From the NCBI RefSeq assembly GCF_006345805.1, contig NC_042999.1, forward strand, positions 102,300,001-102,364,000: a stretch of 64,000 nucleotides of DNA. The letters are read 5' to 3'. A program made the translations under genes and the position numbers. How positions within the stretch are numbered: the first letter of the stretch is position 1; the number at the start of each line of letters is the position of its first letter. The stretch is from Octopus sinensis (Eukaryota). Under the pieces are notes generated by a model. That model was not told where the DNA came from. It made no database searches and saw only the letters and a program-made list of their open reading frames with translations. Shown here piece after piece: positions 25,615 through 38,409 of the stretch.

Positions 25615-28357
25615 TAGCAATTCGTATAAAATTGCATCAATGACTTGAACTTGAATAAGCGGTTTCACATAAATGGGGATAAATTAAAAAGGTTTGTTGT
25701 TATTATTTTTACTGTTTGACTATTGTAATCACGTTTGTTGGTTCCTCGTCAGGGAAACGTTGTTGTGTTGCATTTGTTAAATAATTGTAAACCGTAACCC
25801 TCACCCTTTCGGAGAAGGTGCTTTGGTTATTGTTTAAAAATTGAATTGTGTTCCTGTTTGGGGAAATTGACAATATTTTCACTGTCTTTACGGAAGCATT
25901 TTTGTTAAAATGCCTTCGATAGAAGAAAGTCCAAAAAGGAATTTCGCTGCAGCCGTACACTTCTATACAAGAGGGAGGACAAGATCCAATTGATCGAAAT
26001 TGCAAGAGACAGGCCTACAATTCCAGTCTGTTATATATTTTGAGTATTGTTATCACTAGCGATATCAAGATATAACTTTGTATTTTGTATTTTATGTGTA
26101 GATGTATATATATAGATGTACATGTAATATGTACACATATATATATGCACATATATACATGCATAATATATCTACCCATACACACATACGCACACATACA
26201 CACACACACATACATAGGGGCAGGTGTGGCTGTGTGGTAACAAACTACGTTCCAAACACATTGTCCTGGGTTCAGTCCCACTGTGTGGTGACTTGGCATG
26301 TGTAGGCACAAACACTCTGTCTTCACATTTGCTGCGTGAGACATGTTTTAATGTTGACGAGCTTGCCGAGTACATAGCCGATTATGAGCCAAAGCCCCTT
26401 CCAGAACAAGTTCGCTTACAACTCCGTTGTTAATTCAGTCCGGGCCAAAGTTGGGGGGATTTTTTTCCTGGACACTCCCGGGGGCAATGGGAAAACTTTT
26501 GTCAACAAATTAATATTGGCTGAGATTAGGCGAACACAAGGCATTGCTCTAGCTGTGGCATTGCGGCTACTTTGTTGCCAGGCGGCAGGACAGCTCACTC
26601 CACTTTCAAGCTCCCGCTTGACTTAGCGAAGACTGAGACACCAACTTGCAACATCAGTAACAGCTCCGATCAGGCAGAAGTCTTCAGACGATGCAAGCTT
26701 ATCGTTTGGGATGAATGCACGATGGCTCACAGACGTGCTCTTGGGGCACTAGATAGATCTCTCACAGACATCAAACACTCTTCAGCTCCCATGGGAGGCA
26801 TAACACTTCTTCTTTCAGGGGACTTCCGACAAACACTTCCCGTTATTCCCAAAGGGACTACAGCTGATGCAGTAAGTGCGTGTCTTAAGTCATCCACATT
26901 GTGGCCACTGGTGAAGATTCTCAAACTTCACACCAATATGCGTGCTCATATGCGACGTGATATCACATCAGCAGCATTTTCTCACACCCTCCTTGCACTT
27001 GGCGAAGGCAAAATACCAGGGGAGGAAAATGGTATATTGCCATCGATTCCATTTGTACCATTGTTAAAATGCCTTCTGATCTCAGAGATGCAGTGTTCCC
27101 AGATCTACAAGCTAATTATCAGAATATGGATTGGATTGGCCAAAGGGCTATTCTGCCCCGAGGAATAAAAAGTTCACCATATAATGATGATGAAATGCTA
27201 AATCTCTCCTGGGGATGTCTATGTATATAAGTCTATCGATACAACTCCTGACCCAGAGGACGTCATCAACTATCCAATAGAGGTACTCAATTCCTTTCAG
27301 CCCCCCGGACTACCACCACACATTCTCAAACTTAAAGTTGGTGCCCCTATAATGCTCATTAGAAATTTGGTTCCCCCAAAGCATTGCAATGGCACACGTT
27401 TGATCGTTAAGTCCTTATCTCCCAATCTGATTGAGGCCACCATTATCACAGGGTGCGGTCGAGGCAACGTTGTGCTCATACCTAGGATGCATCTTTTCCC
27501 ATCAGGAGCAGACCTACCTTTCGTATTTTGGAGGTCCCAGTTCCCAGTAAGACCATGTTTCGCAATGTCAATTAACAAAGAACAGGGTCAAACACTGTCT
27601 GTGGCGGGAATACATTTGGGAGAGCCATGTTTCTCTCATGGTCAGCTTTATGTTGCCTGCTCGCGTTTCGGCAGCAACAGTGATGCTTTTGCATTCGTTC
27701 CACAACGAAAAACAAAAAACATTGTGTACAAGGAGGTTTTATAGGATTACGTTTCATCATTTTCGAACACGTTAGTATTTCACTTACATACGACTCTCTT
27801 TTATGATGGCATTTACATTTTTAGGCGTTTCATGACATTAATTCACACTTAACCAACACCTGTCCTTCGCTCACCTCTATTTCTATCCATTCATCATCAA
27901 ACCACTAGCCTCATCTTCTATATCCAACGTACATGACACATCTACCCCCTACATCTACACTCTCACTGTTAAAGTTTACATAAGCGACAACACATAGGGC
28001 ATCCATTCTCTTTTAACACAGCATGAAGTTTTGTAACAGCACATCCGCTGCCGTTTGTGGAAAACGAAGAGACCCTATTCACCTGCGAACGTTTTACACC
28101 GCCTTCCACGACTATCAAATTCTTACAATTATGAGAACAATAACATGGCTCTTTTCAAGGCAACCTCGCATTCAATTCTTACACCATTCTACGAGGGGTT
28201 AGGAACCCCTTTACACGGCTTTCTATACACTAACAAATACATTCATTCGCCGTAAACTTATATCAATATTTGCCTGAATAATCATCATAATTCAGTGCAG
28301 TCATTAACAGTACTTTCAAGCAATTCAGCCCCGAGCATCGCCGGGTAATTCTGCTAG
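25175..28357 (+). mobile_element. Helitron copy 1 (3183 bp) carrying (GT)n, repeat-derived cargo, a SINE head and a helicase relic
   Basis: A|TCTCTTATGATAAAAGGCAG at 25175; 3' hairpin cccgagcatcgccggg then CTAG|T at 28357; homologous to 38410-40271. Confidence 0.92.
26304..27744 (+). pseudogene. Helitron PIF1-family helicase domain, 5'-truncated and frameshifted
   Basis: ORF track: LDTPGGNGKT (Walker A), WDECTM, GDFRQTLPV, LHTNMR, MLIRNL..CNGTR, CFAMSINKEQGQTL, FSHGQLYVACSR, TKNIVYKEVL, split across frames; no Rep (HUH) domain. Confidence 0.93.
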
Positions 28358-28612
28358 TATATATATACATACATACATACTATATATATGTGTATATATA
28401 TAATATATATATATTATATATATATATATATATTATATATTATATATATGTATATATATATATGATATATATATACATACACACATACATATAGATATAT
28501 AGATATTTAAATATATATACAGATATATACATACTGATGCATCAGATACATACAAACGTACACACACTCACACACATATATGCATGGCTGCGCGCGTTTC
28601 AAAATGCGTGTG

Positions 28613-28661
<49 letters not shown>

Positions 28662-29347
28662 GTATGCATGTATGTATGTATGTACGTATGTGTGTACAAT
28701 TCAAATATACAAAGTCATTAGTCATCCACAGCGAAATTTTTAATATATTTCTTATGCGCTACAGTCTGATTTCACGTGCGGTATTAATATCGTATGTTGC
28801 TGTCGTGTTTTCCTGGTGGAATCAGTATACCCGCTTCTCACCCTCATTCTCATTATTATTATTACCTTATAGAATGATATTAATTTTTCATCAATTACTA
28901 TTAATTTTCTTTGCTATTTTGTTTTGATTTATTTGTGTTTTATGGAGTGAAAAAAAGTAATAATAAAAATATTTATTATCTTTGATCTTGACGTGATATC
29001 GATTCTTCCAGTTGTTTCACTTTCTGTGTGTGTGTGTGTGTGTGTGTGCACGCACGCGCGCATATATTTGTATAAATACATACATTTCTGCATGCCTGTA
29101 TACGTGTATATGTATGTATGCATGCATGTATGTCGATGTGTGCGTATAAACAGGTACTTAAACAAGGCAATATACATATGTATGTGTGAGTGTATGTATA
29201 TATATATGTGTGCGTGTGTGCGTGTGCGTGTGTATGTGCGTGTATTTATATATATAGGTATATGTATATATGTATTTATATACATAAATATATACATATA
29301 CATATACATATATGCATACACACGTGCACTACATAATGCATACATAC

Positions 29348-29415
<68 letters not shown>

Positions 29416-29445
29416 ATATATATATATATATATATGTAGTGTGTG

Positions 29446-29505
<60 letters not shown>

Positions 29506-29948
29506 GAAAATAAAGAAAGAGTAGGGAGTAAAGGTACAATGCCTCTTTCTTAATATCAGTTTTGAATACAGTGACTGAATGTTGGTGAGTCAGCTTTTCA
29601 TTAAATAATTGATATCATATGATATGTTAACAGTTTACAGTATATCACACACACACGAGTATATATATATATATATGTATATATGGTGGAGTTTTCTGTT
29701 GTTGACGACAGAAGAAGGTTCAGCAATCTCTTGCTGAACGACCTGTTTATTTATTTAATGTGATCAAATGTTTGTGTTGTACATTAGCTTATTCTCTCTA
29801 TCAAATCGACATTTCCAGTTACAAGTGCACGGTAGATGGTGCACCTCACATCAGATGTCGAAGTGATCGCGGAGCTGAGTGAGATAAAGTGTTTTGTTCA
29901 AGAATATAACGCATCGATCCGTCCCGGAATCTAGTGATCGGTTTGTGC

Positions 29949-29987
<39 letters not shown>

Positions 29988-29989
<2 letters not shown>

Positions 29990-30250
29990 TCGCGGTTTCG
30001 ATTCCCAGACCAGGCGTTGTGAGTGTTTATTGAGCGAAAACATCTAAAGCTCCACGAAGCTCCGGCAGGGGGTGGTGGCGGTCCCTGCTGTACTCTTTCG
30101 CCACAACTTTCTCTCACTCTTTCTTCAGTTGGCCTGCTCGCTTAGCCAGCGGGGTGGCGTCATTTGAAGGCTAAAACAATGCGAAGCGCATTGTGACCAG
30201 CGATGTGTAACAACATCTGATAGCCTAGTCGATCACAGTGATCACGGTGA
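29988..30250 (+). mobile_element. tRNA-derived SINE family C, 5'-truncated at a (CA)n array
   Basis: Homologous to 49987-50282 from gatcgcggtttcgattcccagacc onward. Confidence 0.85.
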
Positions 30251-30529
30251 TATATATATATTGTTATATTCTGTTAAGAACGTTGTAGAGAACAGTATAA
30301 AGCTCGTCCACATTCAGATTTCACCCACTGCTATCCAACAGTAGCATTATACCTACTGCCAGATTTGTGTTGCGGCTTCTGTAGTGTGTGAATGGAAAAC
30401 TGAATAAGTTGGGGTCAACAAGAAAGAGTACAGAGGTACTTGTGGTTACAAATAAATGTTCTTCTGTACTCCTTCTTGTTAATTCCAACTTATTCAATTA
30501 TATATATATATATATATATATATAGGAAG

Positions 30530-30700
30530 AATTCACCCCCCCCCAAAAGACGAAGACAGGTGGTGTAAACAACAAGCAGATGTATTAGTACAACGCTCGG
30601 AAAGTGAAGTCTTTAACATTTCGAGCCTACACTCTTCCGCAGAAAGGAACACAGAAAGAAACAAAGAGAGAAAATAAAGAATGTGTAGTGGTTAGCGATC
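30530..30700 (-). mobile_element. Penelope-like terminal repeat, third copy
   Basis: Reverse complement of the 6000-6180 and 8395-8580 family. Confidence 0.55.
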
Positions 30701-30707
30701 TAATTAT

Positions 30708-30739
<32 letters not shown>

Positions 30740-31110
30740 CTAGCAGCTAATCCCAGTTTCACCCGGTCTGTTTGGATAATGTGGCTGTGATTGTTTTCGG
30801 TTTGGCCTAATCTATAACAGCGTTTCTCAACCTTATCCTTTCGGGTCTCCGGTTTCGATTGGAGCCTCCAGCGGCATGGAAATTTCGTGCCCCGCCCCCT
30901 GTCAGAAAACAGCTTCAGGAGTTGCGAAGAACGAATTTGAACGTAGTCTGTTTGTGAGAACTATTCTATTGGACCTATGTCTAATCATTAAAACATTGAT
31001 TGAATTATGAACATTGAAAGAAATTATACATTAATCCCTATTTTGTAAGCAGTTGTATCCGTTAAAAGTTTATTTGCAGAGAGCAGAAATTGAAAGAAGA
31101 TATATTAAAC
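30740..31110 (-). mobile_element. Possible Helitron 3' end and body fragment
   Basis: Minus strand ccgg-gtgaaa-ctgg hairpin then CTAG abutting a TA array; 5' end not found. Confidence 0.4.
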
Positions 31111-31130
31111 GGACGTATGTGTGTGTCTGT

Positions 31131-31188
<58 letters not shown>

Positions 31189-32074
31189 TTGTGTGCGCGC
31201 GTGCGTGCGTGCGTGTGTGCGTGTGTGTGTGCTGAGTAGTGCTCATCGTGTAAAATTTTTACGATAGTTGATTTATGGAAAAGATTATGTTACATTTTTG
31301 AAATGCAAATATATATTAGCAGCAGGCGAAGATCGGAAGATCGCCCAGAGGCAGCTGTAGCATTGTTAGATTTCTGCGTGAATTAGCTCCAGCTGCAGCA
31401 AAAATTACCACTATACGTCCATAAGAGATACTTTCTCGAAACGAATACCACAGTTTAGAAGGCTTTCATCAGTATTTGAACATTAATTATACGCACTTAT
31501 CGTTAATTCCAAACAGTGTTGACGGTTCTCGGCAAGACTTTACAACATCCTTTTCCAGTCACCAACAGGTCTCTAAGACCCTAAAATAGGGATGCATTTT
31601 CACAACAAAATTCCCTGACAGAAAAACTAACGGGTGGTATTGCATATACACAAGGGCCATTTAGAACATTTCTCACAGAAATGCCTACCTAATAGACGTC
31701 ACATCCGGTACCGATAAACTTTGTACGTTATCCGACTGCACAATCCGCAACAACAAAATAGGTGTTTATGTGCATATGTCGTCTACAAGTTCGAGTGCAG
31801 TAAGTGCTGCATTGGCAGTTTATTCAGTGCCTGCACTTCCAAATACAAGGAATATCTCCACACACTCGCTCCATTGGTTAAAAAGTTAAAGCTTATTTCA
31901 TTCATAAATGTTTTAACATAGTTTTCTAAATCAGTCACGTAGGCATATATACATGCATACATACATACTTCCATAAGAGATGCATGCTTACATATATGCA
32001 CACGTATCCATACATAGACACAAACACATACATACACACATGTATAGATGCATATATATATATATATATATTAT

Positions 32075-32106
<32 letters not shown>

Positions 32107-32235
32107 TATATATATATATATATATATATCCTCTTTCCTGAGCGCCTAATAATAATACTTAAATTGTTCCACGTGTTGTTGTTTTTCTGTTTTCCCGTTG
32201 GATTAACCTTATATATATATATATATATTAGATTA

Positions 32236-32276
<41 letters not shown>

Positions 32277-32508
32277 GCATTCATCTACCCATACATATAT
32301 ACAACATACATATATACATACGTACTTACATACATACCTAAATGCTTACATATGCACACGTATTCATACACAGACACACATACATACATATATATGTGTG
32401 TATATATATATATATCCATCCATTCATCTACCCATACATATATATATATATATACATGCATGCATGCATACATACATACATACATACATACATACATACA
32501 TACATACA

Positions 32509-32540
<32 letters not shown>

Positions 32541-32555
32541 GGTATATGTGTGTGA

Positions 32556-32595
<40 letters not shown>

Positions 32596-32999
32596 TGTGT
32601 GTGTGTGTGGTGTGTTTGCAGCGTTTTTAGAGACGAGATTTTTGACCGGCATAATCCATGTCCGTTTCAATTCTGTCGTTAACTTCGTATTCTTCCGTCG
32701 ATGATACATAGTACCCCTTGCTTTAAGTAGGGATGATTCAATTCCCAAGTGAACCAATTTCGATTGATTCACATCACTAATGTCCCCGGGAATCGGAATT
32801 CCACTTCGAGTCCAAACAGATGTAGAGTTTATTTGCATAATGAAGTGAGTGAGCAAACTGAGTGTCAATAACGAAACAAACATAATTCGTTCGCACGTAT
32901 GTATGTATGTATGTATGTATGTATGTATGTATGTATGTATGTATGTATGTATGTATGTATGTATGTGTGTATGTATGTGTATGTCAGGTCACTTTCGAG

Positions 33000-33530
33000 T
33001 GCTACTGGTAACATGTAACCCAGTACTACCTGTTGCATGGTCGGGTCGTCGGCGACTAAACCGGCAACCCACCAAGCTCGCTTGGTGAGGAGGGTGTTTA
33101 TTGGTCACCCTGCGGGATGAAAAACAAAACCCGTCAAAGGGCGGAGGAACTCTTCAGAGTCAACGGCCATCCAATAAATGTCTTAAAGCTGTATCATGCG
33201 CGGGGACATAGAAATAATCGGATTGAATACCCGATCGCGCAGTTAAACCATTGGGAGTGAAGGACTCCTAGCCTTTGTTAGGGCATCCTTCTAGGAGAAG
33301 GCAACTCAGGTAACTGGGATAACTCCAACATAAAACCTGCGGCTCAGTGGTTACCGATGATGTTGACTTGTTCTTCTTTTCGGATTATGGCTGCTGTTGC
33401 TTAGTGAGTGGGATTGACTCAGTGCACAGCCTTTCCTCACTTAAAAAAATATCTTCTTGCACAGGCATTGCACGATAACAACATTGATTAAGCTTCGTGC
33501 AATGGCCATACTCGATAACAAGGGTGCAGC
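33000..33530 (+). mobile_element. GC-richer interspersed repeat, possibly LINE 5'UTR-derived
   Basis: Non-coding, bounded by microsatellites; ggagaaggcaactc motif is reminiscent of RTE 5'UTRs. Confidence 0.3.
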
Positions 33531-33675
33531 CATCATATACGCATGTATGTATGTATGTATGTATGTATATGTGCATGTATGTGTTGGTGTTATATATGTA
33601 TGTATGTGTATGTATGAATGTATACATGTATGTGTGTGTATGTATGTGTGTATATATGTATGTATGCATGCATGC

Positions 33676-33708
<33 letters not shown>

Positions 33709-34364
33709 TGTATGTATGTATGTATGTATGTATGTATGTATGTATGTTCTCTTGTGTTTTTAGCTATTTGAAATCTTCCTCTGAGGAAGGAGCTAGTTTC
33801 TAACAATGGAATAAAGCTTCGTCGTTGAAAGATAAATAACAAAAAGAACTTTTCATTTTAAACTAGAGAAAAGTCTTGCATATTTTTTATTGCTGCACTT
33901 ACAGATTGTATTAGTAATGTGTGAATCAGCGGGTTGATTTTTTTCCTTGCTTATCCGGATTAACATTTTTACTCAGAAAACCAAGTGCACCAATTATCAT
34001 TGGTATAAATATGAGGGCAGTGAGCTGGCAGAATCGTTAATGCGTTGGACGAAATGCTTAGCGGTATTTCGCCTGCTGCTACGTTCTGAGTTCAAATTCC
34101 GCCGTGTAGTATGTGAACGTCGCATTGACCAATGCGTGCTTTAGCTTCGTTCCTATGGCAACAGTCCAGAAACTTATTGATCACACCGCGTATATTATAT
34201 ATTATGTGTGTGTGTGTGTATTATATATTATATATATATTATATATATAGATATTATATATATATATATATAATATAATATATATATTATTATATATATA
34301 TATATACATATATAATGTTATATTATATATGAGGCATATTCACACGTGTGTTTGCATGCATCGC

Positions 34365-34470
<106 letters not shown>

Positions 34471-34779
34471 TACATCCATATATGTCGCATTGTATCACTC
34501 AGGCAACGCCTGCTGAGTAGTAAAGAGAGAAACGAGTGCATTTCACACATACTAAAAAGTGAGAGGAACATCTTCAGAATTAGAGAACTACTGTGCAGAT
34601 ACGCTTGACCAAGTGATTAAGGCGTTGTATTCGCGACATCAAGATCGTACTTTCGATTCACAGACCAGCGGTGCGTGCTGTTTTTTTTTTTTAATGGCGG
34701 TGCTCCAGCATGGCCACCGTCATTGGACTGAAACATATAAAAGAATAAAAGAATACTTTGAGAATGCAACTGTTTCGTG

Positions 34780-35640
34780 GGATCTAAAGGAGGTAGAACT
34801 GACCTCCCTAAACAGAAACTTGGAGGAGAAGCAGGCATCACCCCAGCAGAAAGCAATGCATGGGTACAGGAAGACCTGGACCTATGATAGATACATTACA
34901 TCCCACTTAGAAGTGACATGCCTTCGCTATCTAAGAACAGGAGATAGCTATTAAATACCTGATAAACATGAGGAACAAGGATACCACCAAACCTCTATGT
35001 TGTGATAAAAAATGTCGGCTCTGCTACGTCACTGTGGAAGATATCATCCACATCATCAGCAACTCCCCAAAATGTCTACGAAGCCTGATATAATTGCAAA
35101 GACTATTTACAATGCAATCCGTAGGAAGGATTGTCCTGACGTATATGTCAAAGGCATGTCAGAACTATCATGTATCCACACCTTTAAAAACAAGGAATAC
35201 TGGTAGAACACTACCCCCACCAAAAAATATAACAGACCAGATATTGTTCTGTTGGACAGGGAACAAAAGTCATGCACTGATGTAGAGGTCGGTTGGGCAG
35301 CGGATGTGAATATACAATGAAAAGTCCAAGAGAAAGAGAACATTTATGGTAAATTAATGCAGAACTTACAGCTCTTGTACCTTGATTATAAATTCTCATT
35401 TGTACCTATAATCATAGGTGAATTAGCTTATATATTTACGCAAAAATCTAGAAATACTGGGTTTCTCGAAGAAAGAGCAAAAGAAACTGACATGCATTCT
35501 CCAAATTCAATGTATTAATGGCACAGTGAAGATCTGTAATATATTCCTAATATTTCCCATCTGAGATTCTTTAGATTGCGCATCGACGGCTCAACCAAAA
35601 CACTAACTCAACCACATATTTCCAAACACCGGGAACTCTT
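34780..35640 (+). mobile_element. RLE-type (R4/Dong-like) LINE 3' end: zinc knuckle and restriction-like endonuclease
   Basis: KAMHG; CRLCYVTVEDIIHIISN; NRPDIVLLD..K....VEV (PD-D/E-K-like); VPIIIG. Confidence 0.8.
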
Positions 35641-36519
35641 TTAAATCAAAAAGTTTTCTCGCTTTGTTAGCGACCAGCTTGAAGAACTTAAATAAAACTA
35701 AAAAAAAAAAAAAACCCCAAAGCATACAAACATATATGTGCGTGTCTGAGCGTGTATCTATACTTCAAAAATTTCGCAAAAAAAAAAAATTAAAAATTAA
35801 GTATGTGTGTGTGTGCGCGCGTGTGCGCGCGTGTGCGCGTATTTATTTTGCAAAATTTTTGATGTGAAATCATTAGCTGAACTAGATGTTGACTTAATAG
35901 TGGTAATTCAATATAAACGTATTCAGACTTATGCTATTCACTAAGAAAACTATTGAATAGCTTCATAACAGACGAGACACTGAGTATCCTTCTATTCAGA
36001 GTATCAATCAGATTGCTTAAGCTTGTTAGCATGACATTATGACAATGTCGTTAAGAGTTCACTTCACAATTACGTGGTTTCACTTCGATCTTATTGTGCA
36101 GAACATCAGGTGTTTCTGTCATGGTTTTGAGTCGGCCAAAATCTTGTGAGCGAACTTTAATAGTCGGTCACAGTATGGAAGCCCATCGGTGGGAGCGTTT
36201 ACATTATTAGGTTGTAGACTTAATTCCTCGCCATTATTTTAGCCACATTATTTGGATCCTGGGCATCTTTAGGAAAGTCCATTATAAATAGAGCATTTGG
36301 GCCAGGTATCTGATTTGGGTAAGACTTTACCCTTTCCTTCTACAAGTTTCTGGGGGGCTGAAAATATGGTCTTTGTCTTGACAAAGCTATAAAAAAAGTA
36401 AGTACAAAAAAATATTTTTTTTAGGTAATTTTTTTGAGCTCATCTCGATTGAATATTTCGTTGCAGATTTATCGTTGGGTTAATGAAAACATTTAATGTT
36501 GTTCGTTGCACTTATCGTG

Positions 36520-37130
36520 AGTTCGGTTAGCACGCCGGACAAAAGTGCTTAGTGGCATTTCTTTATGTCCTGGGTTCAAATTCCGTTGAGGTTGACTTTG
36601 ATTTTTATCTTTCGAGATCGATAAAGCATGTACCAGTTGACCACTGGGTTCGTATTATCGACTAACCCAGTTTTCTGGCAGAATCGTTACCATGCCGGAT
36701 AAACTGCTTAGTGGCATTTTGTCAGCCTCTAAGTTCTGAGTTCAACTTCTCCCGGGGTCGACTTTGCCTTTCATGCTTTCGGGGTCGATGAAATAAGTAC
36801 CAGTTTAGCACAGGGGGGGGGGAGTTGAATCGATCTATTCGACTATCCCCTGCCCCAAAATTCCAGGCCTCGTACCTCTAGAAACGATTCTTTAGTTGAA
36901 CAAAGCAGCGAGCTGGCAGAATCGTTACTCCACCGAAAAAAAAAAAAAAAGAGGTGAGTGATATTTCTTCCGGCTCTTTACGTCCTGAGTTCAAATTCTA
37001 TAGGGGTCAACTCTTTCTTTCATCCTTTCAAGGGTCGATAAAATTAGTATCAGCCGAGCACTGGGGCTAATGTAATCGGCTTCCTTTTCCTTTAAAATTG
37101 CTGGCCTTGTACCGGTGAGTTGGCAGAATT
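36520..37130 (+). mobile_element. Three to four head-to-tail SINE family B copies
   Basis: Repeated gttcaaattc...gtcgac/gttgac-ttt...gtcgata(a)aa units at ~36575, ~36740 and ~36990. Confidence 0.8.
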
Positions 37131-38174
37131 TTTAGAGCATCGGGAAATTGATTTGCAGTATTTGTTCCAGCTTGTCGCGGTCTAAATGTTGTGGGGCTAG
37201 TCTGTGGTGGTGACTGATTGAGTTGATGAACGAAAATATGTTTTTAGGGCTAACAGAAGATTTTATTATCGCACATAACGACAAACTGTGTTGGCCTTTT
37301 AAAGGTAACAACAGCAATAATTTCATACTGGGTGGGAAATACTGCTTGGAGTTTATGGCAAACTATTGATACAGCAACATGCGGCTGGCCCATGTTATTA
37401 TTAACAAGTCTTATTTTTCTGATATTTACACACATTTTTCTATATTTAATAACCAAAGAATAACATGGCAACGGAGATACCTGTCGTCTATTTGTGCCAT
37501 CTTTCTTAGCCTCTTTCCTGGGTTGTCTGGCCGGTAAAAATGCGCACCGGGCAGTTTTTATAGGTGACTGGATGCCAAGTTCTAGAATGTTCAAGAAAAC
37601 CTGTCCGTGCCATTGATTCACACTCATAGGTCGGTTAATAGACCGATCGCGTGAAATTATGGTGGTGTGATCGCATATCTAGGGATTCGGTTTCGAGTCC
37701 CCGCTGCAAGCTCTTTACGTTCTAGTTTCAAATCTTGCCGAGGTCAACTTCGGCTTTCTTCTTTTCAGAGTCAATAAAATAAATACCAGCCAAATACTAG
37801 CCTAGATACCAGTCGATGGTATCAACTTACCTTCTTTCCTAAAAATTGTTGGCCTTGTTCCAAAAATTTTTCAGAAATAATCAGAAATAATTATTATTTA
37901 ATTGAAGGAAAGGCACATCGCCCAAGCTTTTGTAGGCTTTCACAAATTGTTCGGGTTGTTATTTAGCCACAGGTTATTTCTGATCGAACAGACTTAATGA
38001 TAAAAACCGTTCCAGACGTAATCATACCATCTTTCTCTTTACTCCAGACATAGTATGTTTATGTCGCTTTCACCAATGTGTCCCTTTTTCCTTTAAAATT
38101 ATTGTATTTGATTTATAATCATGTATTAAATAATCTTAGTATTATTGTGATTAATGTTATAACTTAGAACATGG

Positions 38175-38390
38175 CGGTGAACTGGCGCACTCGTTAGCAC
38201 GTCGGGCAAACTGCTTAGTGACATTTTGTCGGTCTTTACATTCTGAGTTCAAATTCCGCTGAGGTCGACTTCGCTTTTCATCGATTCGGATTCGATAAAA
38301 CAAGTACCAGTTGATCACTGTGTCAATGTAATCGACTTAACCCCTTCCCCTAAATTGCTGGTCTTGTGCCAAAATTTGAAGTCATTATTA
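38175..38390 (+). mobile_element. SINE family B
   Basis: ggcggtgaactggcgcactcgttagcacg...ggtcttgtgccaaaatttgaa. Confidence 0.85.
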
Positions 38391-38409
38391 TTTGATATTA
38401 TATATTTGA

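Noticed and set aside
26304-27744. Functional host PIF1 gene or autonomous Helitron
   Set aside because: Frameshifted, intronless, lacks the Rep domain, and lies within Helitron termini.
31325-31350. Illumina adapter (agatcggaag)
   Set aside because: The match stops after about 10 nt and continues as atcgccc, not agc.
31250-31920. Second GIY-YIG/Penelope fragment (VVYKFECSKC)
   Set aside because: Only one short motif resembles it; too decayed to call.
32622-32844. Plus-strand exon (ttgcag acceptor, GAA|GTGAGT donor)
   Set aside because: All three plus frames contain stops between these sites.
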